A stretch of DNA of 64,000 bases, from positions 245,400 to 309,399 of the forward strand of contig JAPMXV010000025.1 in assembly GCA_026936335.1 (NCBI GenBank), written 5' to 3'. How positions within the stretch are numbered: the stretch's first letter is position 1; the number at the start of each line of letters is the position of its first letter. Position numbers and translations under genes: made by a program. Shown piece by piece: positions 48,660 through 59,982 of the stretch. The notes beneath the pieces were generated by a model. It worked only from the letters and a program-made list of their open reading frames with translations, made no database searches and was not told the origin of the DNA. Source of the stretch: Mantamonas sphyraenae STR306. Its lineage: Eukaryota > Protista > CRuMs.

Positions 48660-49374
48660 ATGTATGTGTGGTGTGGGGAGGGCGAGAGGGAGAGGGAAAG
48701 GGGCCAGTGAATGGAACGGGAAGGGTTTGAGTGAAAATGGAGTGGTGTGGGTGGAAGGGGGCAGGGTGAGACGGCGCGAGGGAAAATCGCGGACGGGGCG
48801 GGAGGACGGGAGAGGGAGTAGCGTTTTTTTTTTTTCGAGAATGTTCGTTGTGGAAACGCTGACTCTGGACTTGTGTGGGGATGGGGACGGCACCCGGAGC
48901 AGGAAGTACATGGTTTGTGTGGACGGCTCGCAGCACAGCGATGCAGCATTTGAGCGCGCGGTTTCGCTGGTCAACCCGGATTCGGACGAACTGGTGGTGG
49001 TGACGGTGCCGGAAATTATGGACGCGACGAACATTGCGTGGAAGTCGCACGAGAAGCTGGTGGAGTTTCTTGCGCAGTACAAGGCGCAGTACGAGGAGGT
49101 GCAGTCGATGCTGGAGAGCATGGAGGCCAAGGCACGCAAGGCCGGAGTGAGCGCGGTGACGACGGTGCGCAGCGAGGGCCAGCCGCGCGAGCAGATCATT
49201 GCGGAAGCAACCAAGTACGACGTGGACGTGCTTGTGTGCGGCACGCGTGGACGTGGAGAGATCACGTCGATGCTGCTGGGCTCTGTGTCGTCGTACCTGC
49301 TGCATCATGCACCGTGCGACGTTCTGCTGGTGCGCCCCAAGGAGGGCAGCAGCAGCAGCAACAGCAGCGAGTGA
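48660..49374 (+). CDS. Universal stress protein A family
   Basis: KYMVCVDGS, VCGTRGRG, LLGSVSSYLLHHAPCDVLLVR; intron 48662-48902 appears to split the start codon (AT|G). Confidence 0.9.
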
Positions 49375-49447
49375 TGAGTGGAGGCGTGGAGACAAAAAGG
49401 CAGAATGGAAGGAATTTGTTGTTGGTCTCTTGTGTGGGCTGTCCAAT

Positions 49448-50920
49448 TCAGGAGAGGCCGATGGCCCGCGTGAGGAGAAAGGCAGATGCGGTCACGACGA
49501 GCCAGCCAAAGCGTGCAGCGAGAGTCGAGGTGATCTCGATGGAGAGGAAGCGAACAGCTGTGGAGCGGGCGTTGACGGCCTGGGCGAGGACGTGGGCGTG
49601 CTGGGAGACCTCGTCGCGGCCTCCGCTCCATAGGGCGACGAGCTGGGCGAGGCGGACAGACTGGAGGTGGAGTTGGGCGGCGGGAAAGAGGAAAATGAAG
49701 CTGATGAGGACAAGGGCAAAGAGGAGGAGGGTGTCGGACCAGGAGATGGTGTTGAAAACGAAGCCGACCATGGTGCCGAGGAGGAGGACGAGGACACAGG
49801 TCATGAGGTAGCCGAGCGGGTCGCTGAGGATGGTGTTGAGTCTGCGGAGGTCCTTGGTGGCTTGGACGTGGAGGGAGTTGATTGTGTCCAGGGCCTCTGT
49901 GGAGGGCTCGTGAATGGAGGCGATGTGCTTACGCAGGCGCTTTACACGCTTGCCAATGCCGCGCATCATGATAAAATAGACGGGCACGAGGATAAGGGCG
50001 ATGAAGTTGAGGTGGCTGACAGTAAACTGGGAGACGGTGATGAGAAAGATGCCGAGGGGCCCGAGACGGAGCGGATACGACCACCAGACGCTCTCGGAGA
50101 GGGAAAGAGTGTCTGCATAGAGGTTGTAGGTGCCGGAAACGACGCCGGAACTCTGAAGGATGACGAGAAAGATAAAGAACGGGGTCCAGCGGTGGAGGAA
50201 GCGGCCGGCTTCGTCGACGCCGTTCTCGAGGCCAAGGATGAGAAAGAGGAGCCAATTGTCGGGGAGGACGAGGATGAGGGTGAGATGGGCCATGAGGACA
50301 ATGATGGAGACCATGGGGGCGGTGGCGATAAAGGTGAGCTGTGACGAGGGGATTATGGCGGACTTGTCAGCGACGCCAAGGGCAAAGAAGACGGCACAGA
50401 GGGCGTTGAAGAAGGCGAGGGTGAGAGAAGCGATGACGTAGGGAGAGGAAACGCGCTCTCCGTAGCGCCGTTGGAGGAGCAAGCCGCGCATCAACTGGTC
50501 GAGGATGCGAATGGGCTTTGGGAGGGCGTTGTACTCGTCGACGGTGACGACGCCGTACGGCCGGTGCTTATTTGTGACAAGGAGAGAGTCGCCGAGCTCG
50601 AGGTCGACCTCGACGGTGTTTAGGAGCCCCGCGCGGCCGCTGCCTCGGCGGCTTTGTGCGGGACTTGACTGGCCCGAAGCAAACGCGCCGTAGGAGGTGG
50701 CAGGAGGGCGAGAGGGAGGGGATGGGCGGGACGGATCTGTAGACGAGTCATGGTGTAGGTCTTGTTGGTCGTGGGAGGTGTTTGCTCTTCGGATAAGGCC
50801 CTGGGCGTCCTCCTGGTTGTGTTCTTTGTTTGTCGGTTGGTGTTGTTCCAGAGCGAGATTTTCGTGCGCGGGTTCTGGTTCGGCGGCGTAGGCGTCGGAC
50901 ACGCGTGTGTTTGCGCGCAT
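49448..50920 (-). CDS. Multi-TM protein resembling gustatory-receptor-like / 7TM ion channel family
   Basis: Long soluble N-terminus, about 7 hydrophobic helices, long amphipathic loop (LRRLNTIL), split C-terminal helix. Confidence 0.5.
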   Translation of the reverse strand: MRANTRVSDAYAAEPEPAHENLALEQHQPTNKEHNQEDAQGLIRRANTSHDQQDLHHDSSTDPSRPSPPSRPPATSYGAFASGQSSPAQSRRGSGRAGLLNTVEVDLELGDSLLVTNKHRPYGVVTVDEYNALPKPIRILDQLMRGLLLQRRYGERVSSPYVIASLTLAFFNALCAVFFALGVADKSAIIPSSQLTFIATAPMVSIIVLMAHLTLILVLPDNWLLFLILGLENGVDEAGRFLHRWTPFFIFLVILQSSGVVSGTYNLYADTLSLSESVWWSYPLRLGPLGIFLITVSQFTVSHLNFIALILVPVYFIMMRGIGKRVKRLRKHIASIHEPSTEALDTINSLHVQATKDLRRLNTILSDPLGYLMTCVLVLLLGTMVGFVFNTISWSDTLLLFALVLISFIFLFPAAQLHLQSVRLAQLVALWSGGRDEVSQHAHVLAQAVNARSTAVRFLSIEITSTLAARFGWLVVTASAFLLTRAIGLS

Positions 50921-51060
50921 GGGAAGAACAAAGGTCGTGTTGGAGGGGGGGGGGGGGGGGGGGGGTTGGTGAGGAAGGGGATGGGCCACAGAGAGGATGG
51001 GTTGGGTGACGCGGAGGGCAGCCCAAGGTGTTTCGTGGGTTTGCGCGTGGGGCTGTGGCC

Positions 51061-52213
51061 ATGGGAGAAAAGGAGGCAGTTGGGTCGACGCCGAGACAGG
51101 TGGCAGGGGCATACGCAGTGTCGCTCGTGGTGCAACTTGTGTTTTCTTCCGGCCATGTGGCCGGGAAAATGATTGCCAACACGGGGATGTCGCCCATTGC
51201 GACGGCGTTGTTCCGTGCGACGACGGGGCTGGTGGTGCTTGTGCCTGCCGCAAGAGTGTTTGAACCGCAACATTGGATGCCTTTGCGGCGGCATTGGGGC
51301 AGGCTGATGTGGGTGGGGGCAACGGGTGTGACGGCGAATCAGATGTGCTGGGCGATTGCGGTGACCTTTGCGGATGGTACATTTAAAGAGGGAGAGGGAG
51401 AGGGGGCGGGGCAATGTTGTCATGGGCACTGACTCGGGATGGACAGCAACAACAATCGGGCTCCTGCAGCCGCTGCAGCCGATTTTCACTTTTCTGCTGG
51501 CAGTGGTGCTGCGCGAGGAGAGGGGGACTCGGTACAAGGCAGGAGCAGTGGGGCTTGCTGTAGCAGGGGTGCTGGTGATGATGCCATGGCATGATATGGA
51601 GCTGGGAGAGAATAGCGGGTCGCTGTTGGTGGGGTTCCTGTTCGGGCTGGGGAATGTGGCCGGGAACGGGGCGTACTTTGTGCTGCAGCGGCCGTTGTTG
51701 GGCGATGTGCCGCCGTTGGTGATTACAGCAGGGGCGTTTGTGTGTGGAACGGTGCTGGAGTACGTGATTGCGTTTGTGTTGTTTGCAGCAGGAGACGGGA
51801 GCGTGTTTGTGGTGCAGCCCGAGGCGATCTGGTGGCTGCTGCATCTGTCGGTGGTCATCACGGCAGGAGGCTATCCGCTGTTGATGTGGGCGGCCAGACA
51901 CACGACGGCGACTGTGTTGGCGCTGTTTGCGACGATACAGCCGTTTGGCGTTGTGCTACTTTCTTTGGCTCTGCTGCCCCACACGCCGACGTGGCAAGAA
52001 CTGACCGGAGGGGCGCTTATACTGTCGGGCATGGTGATGATTGTGTATGCACGGCACCGTGAGAGGGAGGGGCAGAAGCGAGGATTGCTGGACGAGGCGG
52101 AGCTGCATTTGGAATCAGCCGAGGACGGCAAGTGGGCTGATCTCGGCACCGTGGGGAGCAACAATGGCAAAGAGAGGGATGAGGGAATAGACAGCGAGGG
52201 CGACGAGGCGTGA
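51061..52213 (+). CDS. EamA/DMT (WAT1-like) transporter; 1 intron
   Basis: About 10 TM helices in two EamA halves; LQPIFTFLLAVVLREE; intron 51377-51446. Confidence 0.85.
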
Positions 52214-54562
52214 AAGGGCATCGTCGTCGCGTTCGTGGTTGACAGCCTCTGGGGAGCCTGTCTTGAAGTGGTCCATGCCGAGAATGGTCTTGTAGAACCA
52301 GCCAACCTTGTAGGTGGGTTTGGTGGGTTTGTCGGATGCAGGGCTGGTGGAGGTTTGCTTGTCTGCGTCTGCGTCGGTGTCTGCGTCTGCGTCTGTGGCG
52401 TCTGCAGAGCCGAGGAGGCGTTTGCCGATTTCGGTGTGGCCAATCCAGTCGTCTTGGAACCAGATGCCGACCTTGCAGAGGGCACTGCTGAGCACAAAGA
52501 CGTAGGGCCCGACGACGGGGATGACGGTTGTAAAGGCGGCGGTATAGGTGCCGGAGAAGGAAAGAACCTCTGCAGAGCTGGGCTGGCCGATGCCGTTGGG
52601 GCCAGTGCACATGTCGAGGGCGTCCTTGTCATAGAGGAGCTCGTCGGGCCAGCCGGCAAGGAGGGAGCAAAAGTAGGAGAGGGCAAAGAGAAAGCGGGTA
52701 AAGAGGCTGACAAAGATGTTCTCGGAGCGGACTTTGCCGTTCTTGTCGGGCTTGCGCTTGGCACGCTGCTGGGCGCGCCAGTGGTTTGTCTTGCGGAAGC
52801 CCTGGACCGTAAAGGCGCAGAGGACCAGGTAGGAGATGGCGAGGCAGTAGGAAACGAGGCCGTAGTAGGAGCCGCTGTTGTCTGAGCCGCCGTTGAAGAG
52901 GAGGAGGGCCGGGGTGGCAATAAAGAGAATGACGCGGGTGGCACTGACGGCGACGACGAGAGAAAAGACCTTGTTGCAAATGAAAAAGGGCAGCTGGCGC
53001 AAGGCGGTGTTGAGCGGGGCAGGGAGTGGGCGGTCGGGGCCGAGAGCGTCCTTGCGGTACTTGAATGCAAAGGCCCAGATGAGGACACGGGGCGCAATGC
53101 GGTTGAAGGCGATGAGAAGGGCGATCATGATGACGATCATGCCGATGATGGCAAAGACGGGGTCGACGCGGACCATTTCGCGGGCAAGCCAAGAGTGGAG
53201 AACTTCGTTGACGGCCTCTTGGGGCGAGGTGGTGATCTCGCGGTGCATGGAGTGAAGGAAACCAGAGGTGAGGAAGTAGACGTCGATAAGGAGGGCAAGC
53301 ATGCTCTTGGCAAAGCGGGGCGTCTTTACGCGAGCCCAGAAGCCGGTGAGGCGGAGGTAGCGCTGGAGGGAGTCGCGCTGGCGGATGATGGTGTAGATGA
53401 GGAGAGCGAGGCCGATGAAGGGGAAGCCGAGGGCAAGGTAGAGGCGTGCGAGGGCTGTGGCCTCGGCAAGGCAATTGTGTGTAAAGAGAACGCAGGTGGT
53501 GGAGGAGTCGTAGGGGCCCTTTGTGCCACCGGGGACACAGCGTGCAGCGCCGCCCTTTTCGACACACCAGCCGCAGCTTGGGTGCTGGGTGCAGTTTTGG
53601 CAATTGCCCTGGGCCGGGCAGAGCTTGGAGGGGCACGTGTCTGTGTAGTCTGAGACGCGGTAGTCGCAGGTGGCCTGCTTCTCCGAGGTGGTGTCGGCGT
53701 CGTAGCACCTGCCACCTGTGGGGGATGTGTTGTCGCCACACCAGGTGCAAACGGAGGAAAAGAGAGTGTTTGCGGCGGAGCACTTGTCGCAGGTGGTGCG
53801 GCTGGCGCATGACTCGCACTTCTTGGAGGATGTGATGAGGCCCGAAGTGGAGCAGCCTTTGAAGTTGAAAATAGGGGAGCCGCCACTCAAGGGCACGCAG
53901 GCCTTTTGTGCTGGGCACCAGCCGCACTGGGTGAAGATGCCGCCGCCGACGCAGGAGTCGCAGTCTGTGCCGGATTTGCATGTACGTACGTTGAGGCACT
54001 CGAGGGTGTCAAAGGAATCGTAGACGGGTGCGCTGCAGTTGTTTGCGTCTGAACGGGGCAGGCAGCGGTCGGGGACGTTGCTGTACACGCCGTCGCAGAA
54101 GAGACACGCGGTGTCGTCGACACACTCGTCGCATCCGCCCTTGCCGATGGCAGTACAGTTGCAGGTGTTGCCCGTCCATCCGGAGCAGGTGCCATTTGCC
54201 GGAGTGTTTGGGTTTGTGTCTGTGGAGCGGCAGGCCTTTGCGCCGGCGCAGTAGCCACACTTTGAGTTTGCGGTGCAAAGGCCGCAGTCGGAGGAGGCCG
54301 TGCGGCAGGGGTCGTCAAAGGGACAGACTCCCACGTACCAGTTGTCACAGGTGGTGTGTGAAGGACCTGTGGCGTTGCCCTCGTAGCAGAGGTTGACGCC
54401 GTTGGCAAGCATGCACACACCGCAGCCTGGGGTGGCAGCACAACCCGTGCAGTTGAAGCTGAGGTGGGAGCAGGCGTTTGTTGCAGACACGGGTTGGGCG
54501 AAGGTGAACCCAGCAAGTGTGGTGGTGACGACGAGGAGGAGGAGGAGGGTGCGTGCGAGCAT
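52115..54562 (-). CDS. Signal peptide + multiple PSI (plexin-type) Cys repeats + multi-TM domain surface protein
   Basis: MLARTLLLLLVV signal peptide; repeated CxxC...CGWC motifs; several C-terminal TM helices. Confidence 0.8.
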   Translation of the reverse strand: MLARTLLLLLVVTTTLAGFTFAQPVSATNACSHLSFNCTGCAATPGCGVCMLANGVNLCYEGNATGPSHTTCDNWYVGVCPFDDPCRTASSDCGLCTANSKCGYCAGAKACRSTDTNPNTPANGTCSGWTGNTCNCTAIGKGGCDECVDDTACLFCDGVYSNVPDRCLPRSDANNCSAPVYDSFDTLECLNVRTCKSGTDCDSCVGGGIFTQCGWCPAQKACVPLSGGSPIFNFKGCSTSGLITSSKKCESCASRTTCDKCSAANTLFSSVCTWCGDNTSPTGGRCYDADTTSEKQATCDYRVSDYTDTCPSKLCPAQGNCQNCTQHPSCGWCVEKGGAARCVPGGTKGPYDSSTTCVLFTHNCLAEATALARLYLALGFPFIGLALLIYTIIRQRDSLQRYLRLTGFWARVKTPRFAKSMLALLIDVYFLTSGFLHSMHREITTSPQEAVNEVLHSWLAREMVRVDPVFAIIGMIVIMIALLIAFNRIAPRVLIWAFAFKYRKDALGPDRPLPAPLNTALRQLPFFICNKVFSLVVAVSATRVILFIATPALLLFNGGSDNSGSYYGLVSYCLAISYLVLCAFTVQGFRKTNHWRAQQRAKRKPDKNGKVRSENIFVSLFTRFLFALSYFCSLLAGWPDELLYDKDALDMCTGPNGIGQPSSAEVLSFSGTYTAAFTTVIPVVGPYVFVLSSALCKVGIWFQDDWIGHTEIGKRLLGSADATDADADTDADADKQTSTSPASDKPTKPTYKVGWFYKTILGMDHFKTGSPEAVNHERDDDALSRLVALAVYSLIPLFAIVAPHGAEISPLAVLG

Positions 54563-54602
54563 GGGCGTTGAGTTGCGCTGGGGCAGGCACGGGAACGAGA
54601 GG

Positions 54603-55136
54603 ATGGAGCTCGTGGAAGCGGCTCGAGCGGGGGATGTGGAACGAGTTCGAAGGATTGTGGAGGAGGATGACGGGGCGTGTTTGGACGACGCTGTGGATGG
54701 GGACGGGACGACTGCACTTCTGGCAGCGTGCGAAGGGCGACACGCCGAGGTTGTGGAGATGTTGTTGGATGCTGGGGCGGACGCGTGGGCGTGCAACATA
54801 CATGGAGAGACAGGTGCGATGCGTGCAGCGTTGAGGGGAGGGGCGCGGACAGTGCAGGCGCTGGTTGAAGGAACTGGAGAGGTGGAGTGGGCGACGAGGG
54901 AAGGAAGGACGGTGATGATGGCAGCGAGCGCACGTGGGCACCTGCGTGTGGTCACTGTGTTGTTGGAAGCAGGGGCGGACGTGCATGCCATGAGTGAATA
55001 CGGTGAGACGGCTGTGGACTATGCGGCGCAACGCCGGAACGGACGCGGAGTGCAGCAGCTTTTGGAGGGTGGGGCGGATCCGAACGTGTGCTTGGAGGAG
55101 GAAAGGAAGTGGTTGGGAAGGTGGATGGGGTCGTAA
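54603..55136 (+). CDS. Ankyrin-repeat protein
   Basis: GTTALLAACEGRHAEVVEMLLDAGAD, GRTVMMAASARGH, GETAVDYA. Confidence 0.88.
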   Translation: MELVEAARAGDVERVRRIVEEDDGACLDDAVDGDGTTALLAACEGRHAEVVEMLLDAGADAWACNIHGETGAMRAALRGGARTVQALVEGTGEVEWATREGRTVMMAASARGHLRVVTVLLEAGADVHAMSEYGETAVDYAAQRRNGRGVQQLLEGGADPNVCLEEERKWLGRWMGS

Positions 55137-55140
55137 GGGT

Positions 55141-57016
55141 TCATCGTGAGTTCATTGCGACGCAAAGGAACAAGGCTTCATGCGAGGCGTTGGCGCTTGA
55201 GGGAAGAGGCTTCTCGGGTGGACGGGTACTCGCGTTTGGATGATGGACAGGGATGAGATCGGCGACTTGGGAGTTTGTGGAGGGTCGGTGGTTGAGGTAA
55301 GGCTGGATGGATTTGATGAGGGAGTGGACGAGGGAGTAGAGGGTGACGTCGTCGGATTGTTTGTGGTCGAGCCAGGCGATTTTGAGGGAGGTTGAGGTGA
55401 CGCCGCGTTGAAGTTCTGAGCTGACGGCACAGGCAACGTTCTGCTGGGAAGTGGATGGACGGAGGAGGCGGATGAAGAAGAGGATCTCGACGGGAGGGAG
55501 AGGTTGGCCGATGGCGAGCATGAGATGGCGGAGGAGAATGCGTGAGTCGGAGAGAGCGTCGTCGATAAAGGCCTGTTCGTGGTCGAGAGATGCAAGCGGG
55601 TTGTCGTGAGCGAGGTTGAGCATGTGCGCGTAGAGAGCGTGGAACTCTCGGTCGGTACAGGAGCGTCTGCGTTCGTAGTGCGAGGAATCTGTCCATCCGG
55701 AGGAGGTCGAGACGGGAGACCATGTGTCGAGTGGGCTTAGATTGTGGTCGTAGTCGAGGGAGGTCCAGGGGGTGTGATTTGGGTGGGAATCGGGCTTGAG
55801 GGCTTGGATTGCAGAGAGGGTGCCTGGGCGGGCTGTGGAATCCAAGCGATCGAGGAGGATGTGGATGAGGGCGTAGAGGGGCGGGCCGTGCTGTTTGGGA
55901 CGTCTCAAATAGAAGAGGACGAGGTTGGCGTCGTTTGTGTAGGAGGCGAAGGCCCTGTCAGCAGGAAATGGGGAATCACGGTCGAGGAGGCGCATAAAGT
56001 AGAGGAGGTCACCCTTGGCGACGGGTTGGTTGTCCATGGCGAGGGAGAGCTGGCGGAGAAACCTCATGGAGGCGCAGTGGGAGAGAACGACGCGGGCGAG
56101 GAGGGTGAGCTCGGTTGGAATGCGGTCGTACGGGTGCTTTTCTGCAATGGTGACCATGTGAGCAACAAGGGACTTGAATTCGTCCGGTGTGGACAATTGG
56201 CGTGCCCTGTGTGTGTGTGCACGGCGTGTTTGTGGGCTTTCAGGAGTGTACCGGGGCGTGGGGCGCGGAGGAGAGGGAGGCGGGAGTTGAATGGGGCGGA
56301 AGGTTCTCGTGCGCGTCCTCGTACCCGCCTTTCGCGATTCCACATGGTCGCGGAACGCAAAGGCGTCCATCCAGGATGTATCGTGGAAGCGGAAGAGGGG
56401 GCCGTCGGTGGCGGAGTCGACGTCGATGTAGAGGGTGTCTGGTTTGTGGGTTTTGGGGGAGGAGCTGTCAGAGGCGGGGGAGGAAGGCGTTGGCGAGGGG
56501 GCCGAAGAAGAGGATGTGGAGGTGGTTGTGGTTGTGGTTGTGGTTGTGGTTGTTGTTTTGGGTGTGGTTTTGGGTGTGGTGGTGGTGGGAGAAGGGTTGC
56601 CGTTGTGGTTTGCGGGTTGTGTGTCTTGGACGGCGGTGGGATACGGGGTGTAGTAGTAGGAAGGAGGGTTGGGGTATGTAGAGTCGATGGAGGTGGTGGG
56701 TTGGGGTGGGTTCATGTGCTGCGGTTGTATCCAGACCATTTGGGGTTGGTGTGGGAACGGGTAGTTTGCGCCAATGTGGGGCGGTGGCGGGTAGTATGCG
56801 TGGTGGGGCCGCGGTGGGTAGGTGTGGTCGGAAGGGTAGAATGGTTGGTGTGGGTAGGCGGGGATGGTGTGGGGGCTTGGTGTGCTGGGGTGGGGTGGGG
56901 TGGGGGTGGGGGTGGGGGTGAGAAGGAGACAGGAAACTGGGGGTGGGGGTGGGGGAGGCGGGAGGCACGGGTACGTACTCGCGATGAGTGTGCTCAGAGT
57001 CGTCGTAGGGATCCAT
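55141..57016 (-). CDS. Hypothetical protein, novel repeat-domain family (paralog of 59983-63572); 1 intron
   Basis: Exon 57016-56979, intron 56978-56885; P/Y/Q-rich N-terminus and two EFxxLxAHM..HP domains. Confidence 0.7.
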
Positions 57017-57108
57017 GGTTGTGCAATGGGGGCGGGTGGGGGGGTCGGTGGGTCGGTGTGTGAATTGGGGTGGGTGCGGAGGCGGGGTCGGAAGCAAGGG
57101 AAAGTTTG

Positions 57109-58586
57109 ATGAGCTGGGGCCACGTGCTGCGCAGTGGAGACTACGCGCAGGTTTGTGATGCGGTGGATGCGGCAGGAGAGGTGTGTTGGAGGGGGGGGGG
57201 GGGGGGGGGTTAGGGAGCGGGGGAGTTGGGAATGCTGACACGGAGGTGATGCAGCGCATCAAGGTTTTCGGCTCGAATGTTGACAAGAAGGGGGTGGGGT
57301 ACTTGGCAAAGGCTCTGCGGGGAAACACGAGCGTGATGGAACTGGTGATGGAGGCAAACGGGCTTGAGGACGATGCGGCGCCAGCGTTGGCCGGACTTCT
57401 GGGCATCAACTCGACGCTGCGGAAGGTGTCGCTGGAAGGGAATCGACTGGGGGCAAAAGGGGCGGCCACGCTTGCGCTGGGAATCAAAAGGAACAGCAGC
57501 TTGCGTGAGTTGAACGTGCGCGGCAACAGGTTTGGCGCGGAAGGGACGCAGGCGCTTGCAGAGGCACTGATGGAGAACTGGCGGCTACAGGCTCTGTGGA
57601 TGAGGTGGAACCGTATTGGCGATGTTGGAGCAAGGGCACTGGCGCTGGCTGTGAGTGGCGGCAGCAGGCTGAGGCATCTGGAGCTTGTTGGAAACGAAGT
57701 CGAGGAAAAGGGCGTCGTGGAGCTGGCCAAGGCGCTGCAAGAGGGCACTTGCTGCTTGGAGACACTGGAAATTGGGTTTAATGCAGTTGGGGACGTTGGG
57801 GCGGTGGCTCTGGCGCAGGCGCTGGTGGGGAATGACACGCTGGTGAATCTCGGCGTCAGCCACGGGGAAATAGCGGTGGAAGGGGCGACAGAACTGGGGA
57901 GGGCGTTGTGCAACAACAGTTGTCTACAGGCATTGAACTTGACGGGGAACAAGATTGGGGAGGAAGGGGGAATGGCGCTTGCAGAGGGATTGCGGGCAAA
58001 CCGCACGCTGCAGCACCTGCAGGTGTACAGTTGTGGAACGGGAGATGCGGCAGAAAGGTGTTTGGCAGAGGCTTTGGAGAAGAATCATTCGTGCTGGGAC
58101 GTGAGGGGGACGTCAAACGTGGAACTGCAGGAGCGCGTGGAGGAAAACAAGGCGCAGGGAAAAGCCTTTGTGGAGGCGGCTGGAAGAGGAGATGTGCAGG
58201 AGGTTGAGGCGTTGCGTGCATGGGGCGTGGCCGTGGATTGTTGTGCTGGGTGGAAGGGGCAAACGGCGTTGGACGCGGCGGTGAAGGGAGGGAGTGAGAG
58301 GACCGTGGAGTTGTTGCGGGCGTGGGGCGCGAGGGTGAGGTGGAGGACCGGGGAGATGGTGAGGGGGGTTGGTTGGAGGAGAGCGTGGCATTGGATTGGT
58401 TGGGGTGCGGAGGTGGATGAGGCGATGGAGGTGGCGTTGGTGATGAACGGAGAGGAGAGGGAGGTGATGTTTGCGTGTGGAGGGATGGAGGTGTATGTGG
58501 AGGAGAGATGGTGGGATGGGTGGGTGACTCTGCCGGATGAGGTGATGGAGAGGGTGTTGGAGTGGGTGGGGAAGGTGTGGGAATGA
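57109..58586 (+). CDS. RI/NLRC3-like LRR + ankyrin + C-terminal F-box-like protein; 1 intron
   Basis: 28-aa LRRs (LxxLxLxxNxIGxxGAxALA); intron 57181-57254; GQTALDAA; TLPDEVMERVL. Confidence 0.85.
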
Positions 58587-58628
58587 ACGGGTTTTGTTCG
58601 AGACGCTGTTCGAGGCAACGATTTCGCA

Positions 58629-59955
58629 ATGAGTGCGAGCACCGAGTGGGAAGAGCTGCTGAACGGCGATGTGAATCTAGGGGATGTGAAAGAAGCGATG
58701 GGAAAGGCTGGCGAGGTGCGTGGGTGGCGCGGCGGGATTTTGATGAGATGAGAGCTGACACGTCTGGGTGCAGATGTTGACCCTGAGCGGTTTTCGTGCT
58801 TCCCCCACCGGGTGTGCTGCTGTTGGACAAGCATTGGCACGGAATGACAGGTTGACAACGCTGGACCTGTCCAACATTGTGCTTGGAGACTGCGTGGAGT
58901 TGGCGGAGGCGCTTGAGCGCAACAACACACTGCAGCGGCTGTATGTGGTTAACACAGAGATATCAGACAGCGGTGCCGAGGCTATCGGGCATGCGCTGGC
59001 GGAAAACCACTCGCTGCGTGTGTTGCGGATGGGAAGCAACGGCCTGGGAGACAAAGGGGCACAGGGAATCGCGCACGGCCTGGCCGAAAACAAAAGGCTG
59101 CAGCTCCTTGACTTGCAACACCACAGCATCGGATCGTTGGGTGGGGTAGCGATAGCCAAAGCACTGGAGATCAATGCGAGTCTTCTGGAGCTCAACCTGG
59201 AGTTCGGTGATTTGGAGGACAGCGCCGCGGAGGCAATGGCCGCCGCTTTGGCGCTGAACACAGCCCTGCAGGTGCTGAAAGTCGGTAAGAATGTGATTGG
59301 AGGTGAGGGAGGGAAGGCTCTGGCCAAGGCATTGGGGTCGAATTGCGCGTTGATGGAGCTGTGGGCGGACGGGAATCCGCTTGAAGACGACGCAGAGGCG
59401 CTGAAGGAGTTGGCGCAGGCTCTGAAGACAAATTCGACGCTTCATCTGCTGCACATCGAGTGGCACGAGGGCGAAGGAGACGTTGGGGCGGTCTTTGTGG
59501 AGTGTTTGCGGGAGAACCAGTCGCTTTGTCTGCTGAAGGGAACGGGAAACACGATGGTCGCAGAGATTCTCGAAAGGAACAGTGGACGAGTTGAGGAATT
59601 TGTGGACGCGGCAGAAAATGGTGATGTGGCAGGGATGCAGGCGGCGTTGGAATGGGGCGTGAACGTCAACGCATGCCGGTGGGGCGAGTCGGCGCTGGAT
59701 GTTGCGGTGCGGAATGGAGATGACACTGTGGCAGAGGTGCTGCGAGAGTGGGGAGCAAAGCCGAGGGTGGATACGGTGGAGATGGCGTGGGAAACAGGGT
59801 GGAGGAAGGAACTGCATTGGATTGGGTGGGGTGTAGAGGTGGACGAGGCAATGGAGGTGGCGTTGGCGATGAATGGGGAGGGGTGGGAAGGTTGGGTGAC
59901 ACTGCCGGATGAGGTGATGGAGAGGGTGATTGGGTGGGTGGGGAGAGGTGGGTGA
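58629..59955 (+). CDS. Tandem paralog: LRR + ankyrin + C-terminal F-box-like protein; 1 intron
   Basis: Same architecture and same intron position (AGE|, intron 58716-58773); near-identical tail HWIGWG.EVDEAMEVAL.MNGE..W.GWVTLPDEVMERV. Confidence 0.85.
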
Positions 59956-59982
59956 GTGGGAAGGGTGTGAGAATGAAAGGGT

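Noticed and set aside
50944-57209. Poly-G runs (~50945-50965, 57191-57209) as specific G-quadruplex elements
   Set aside because: Explained by the regional G skew, and run lengths are unreliable
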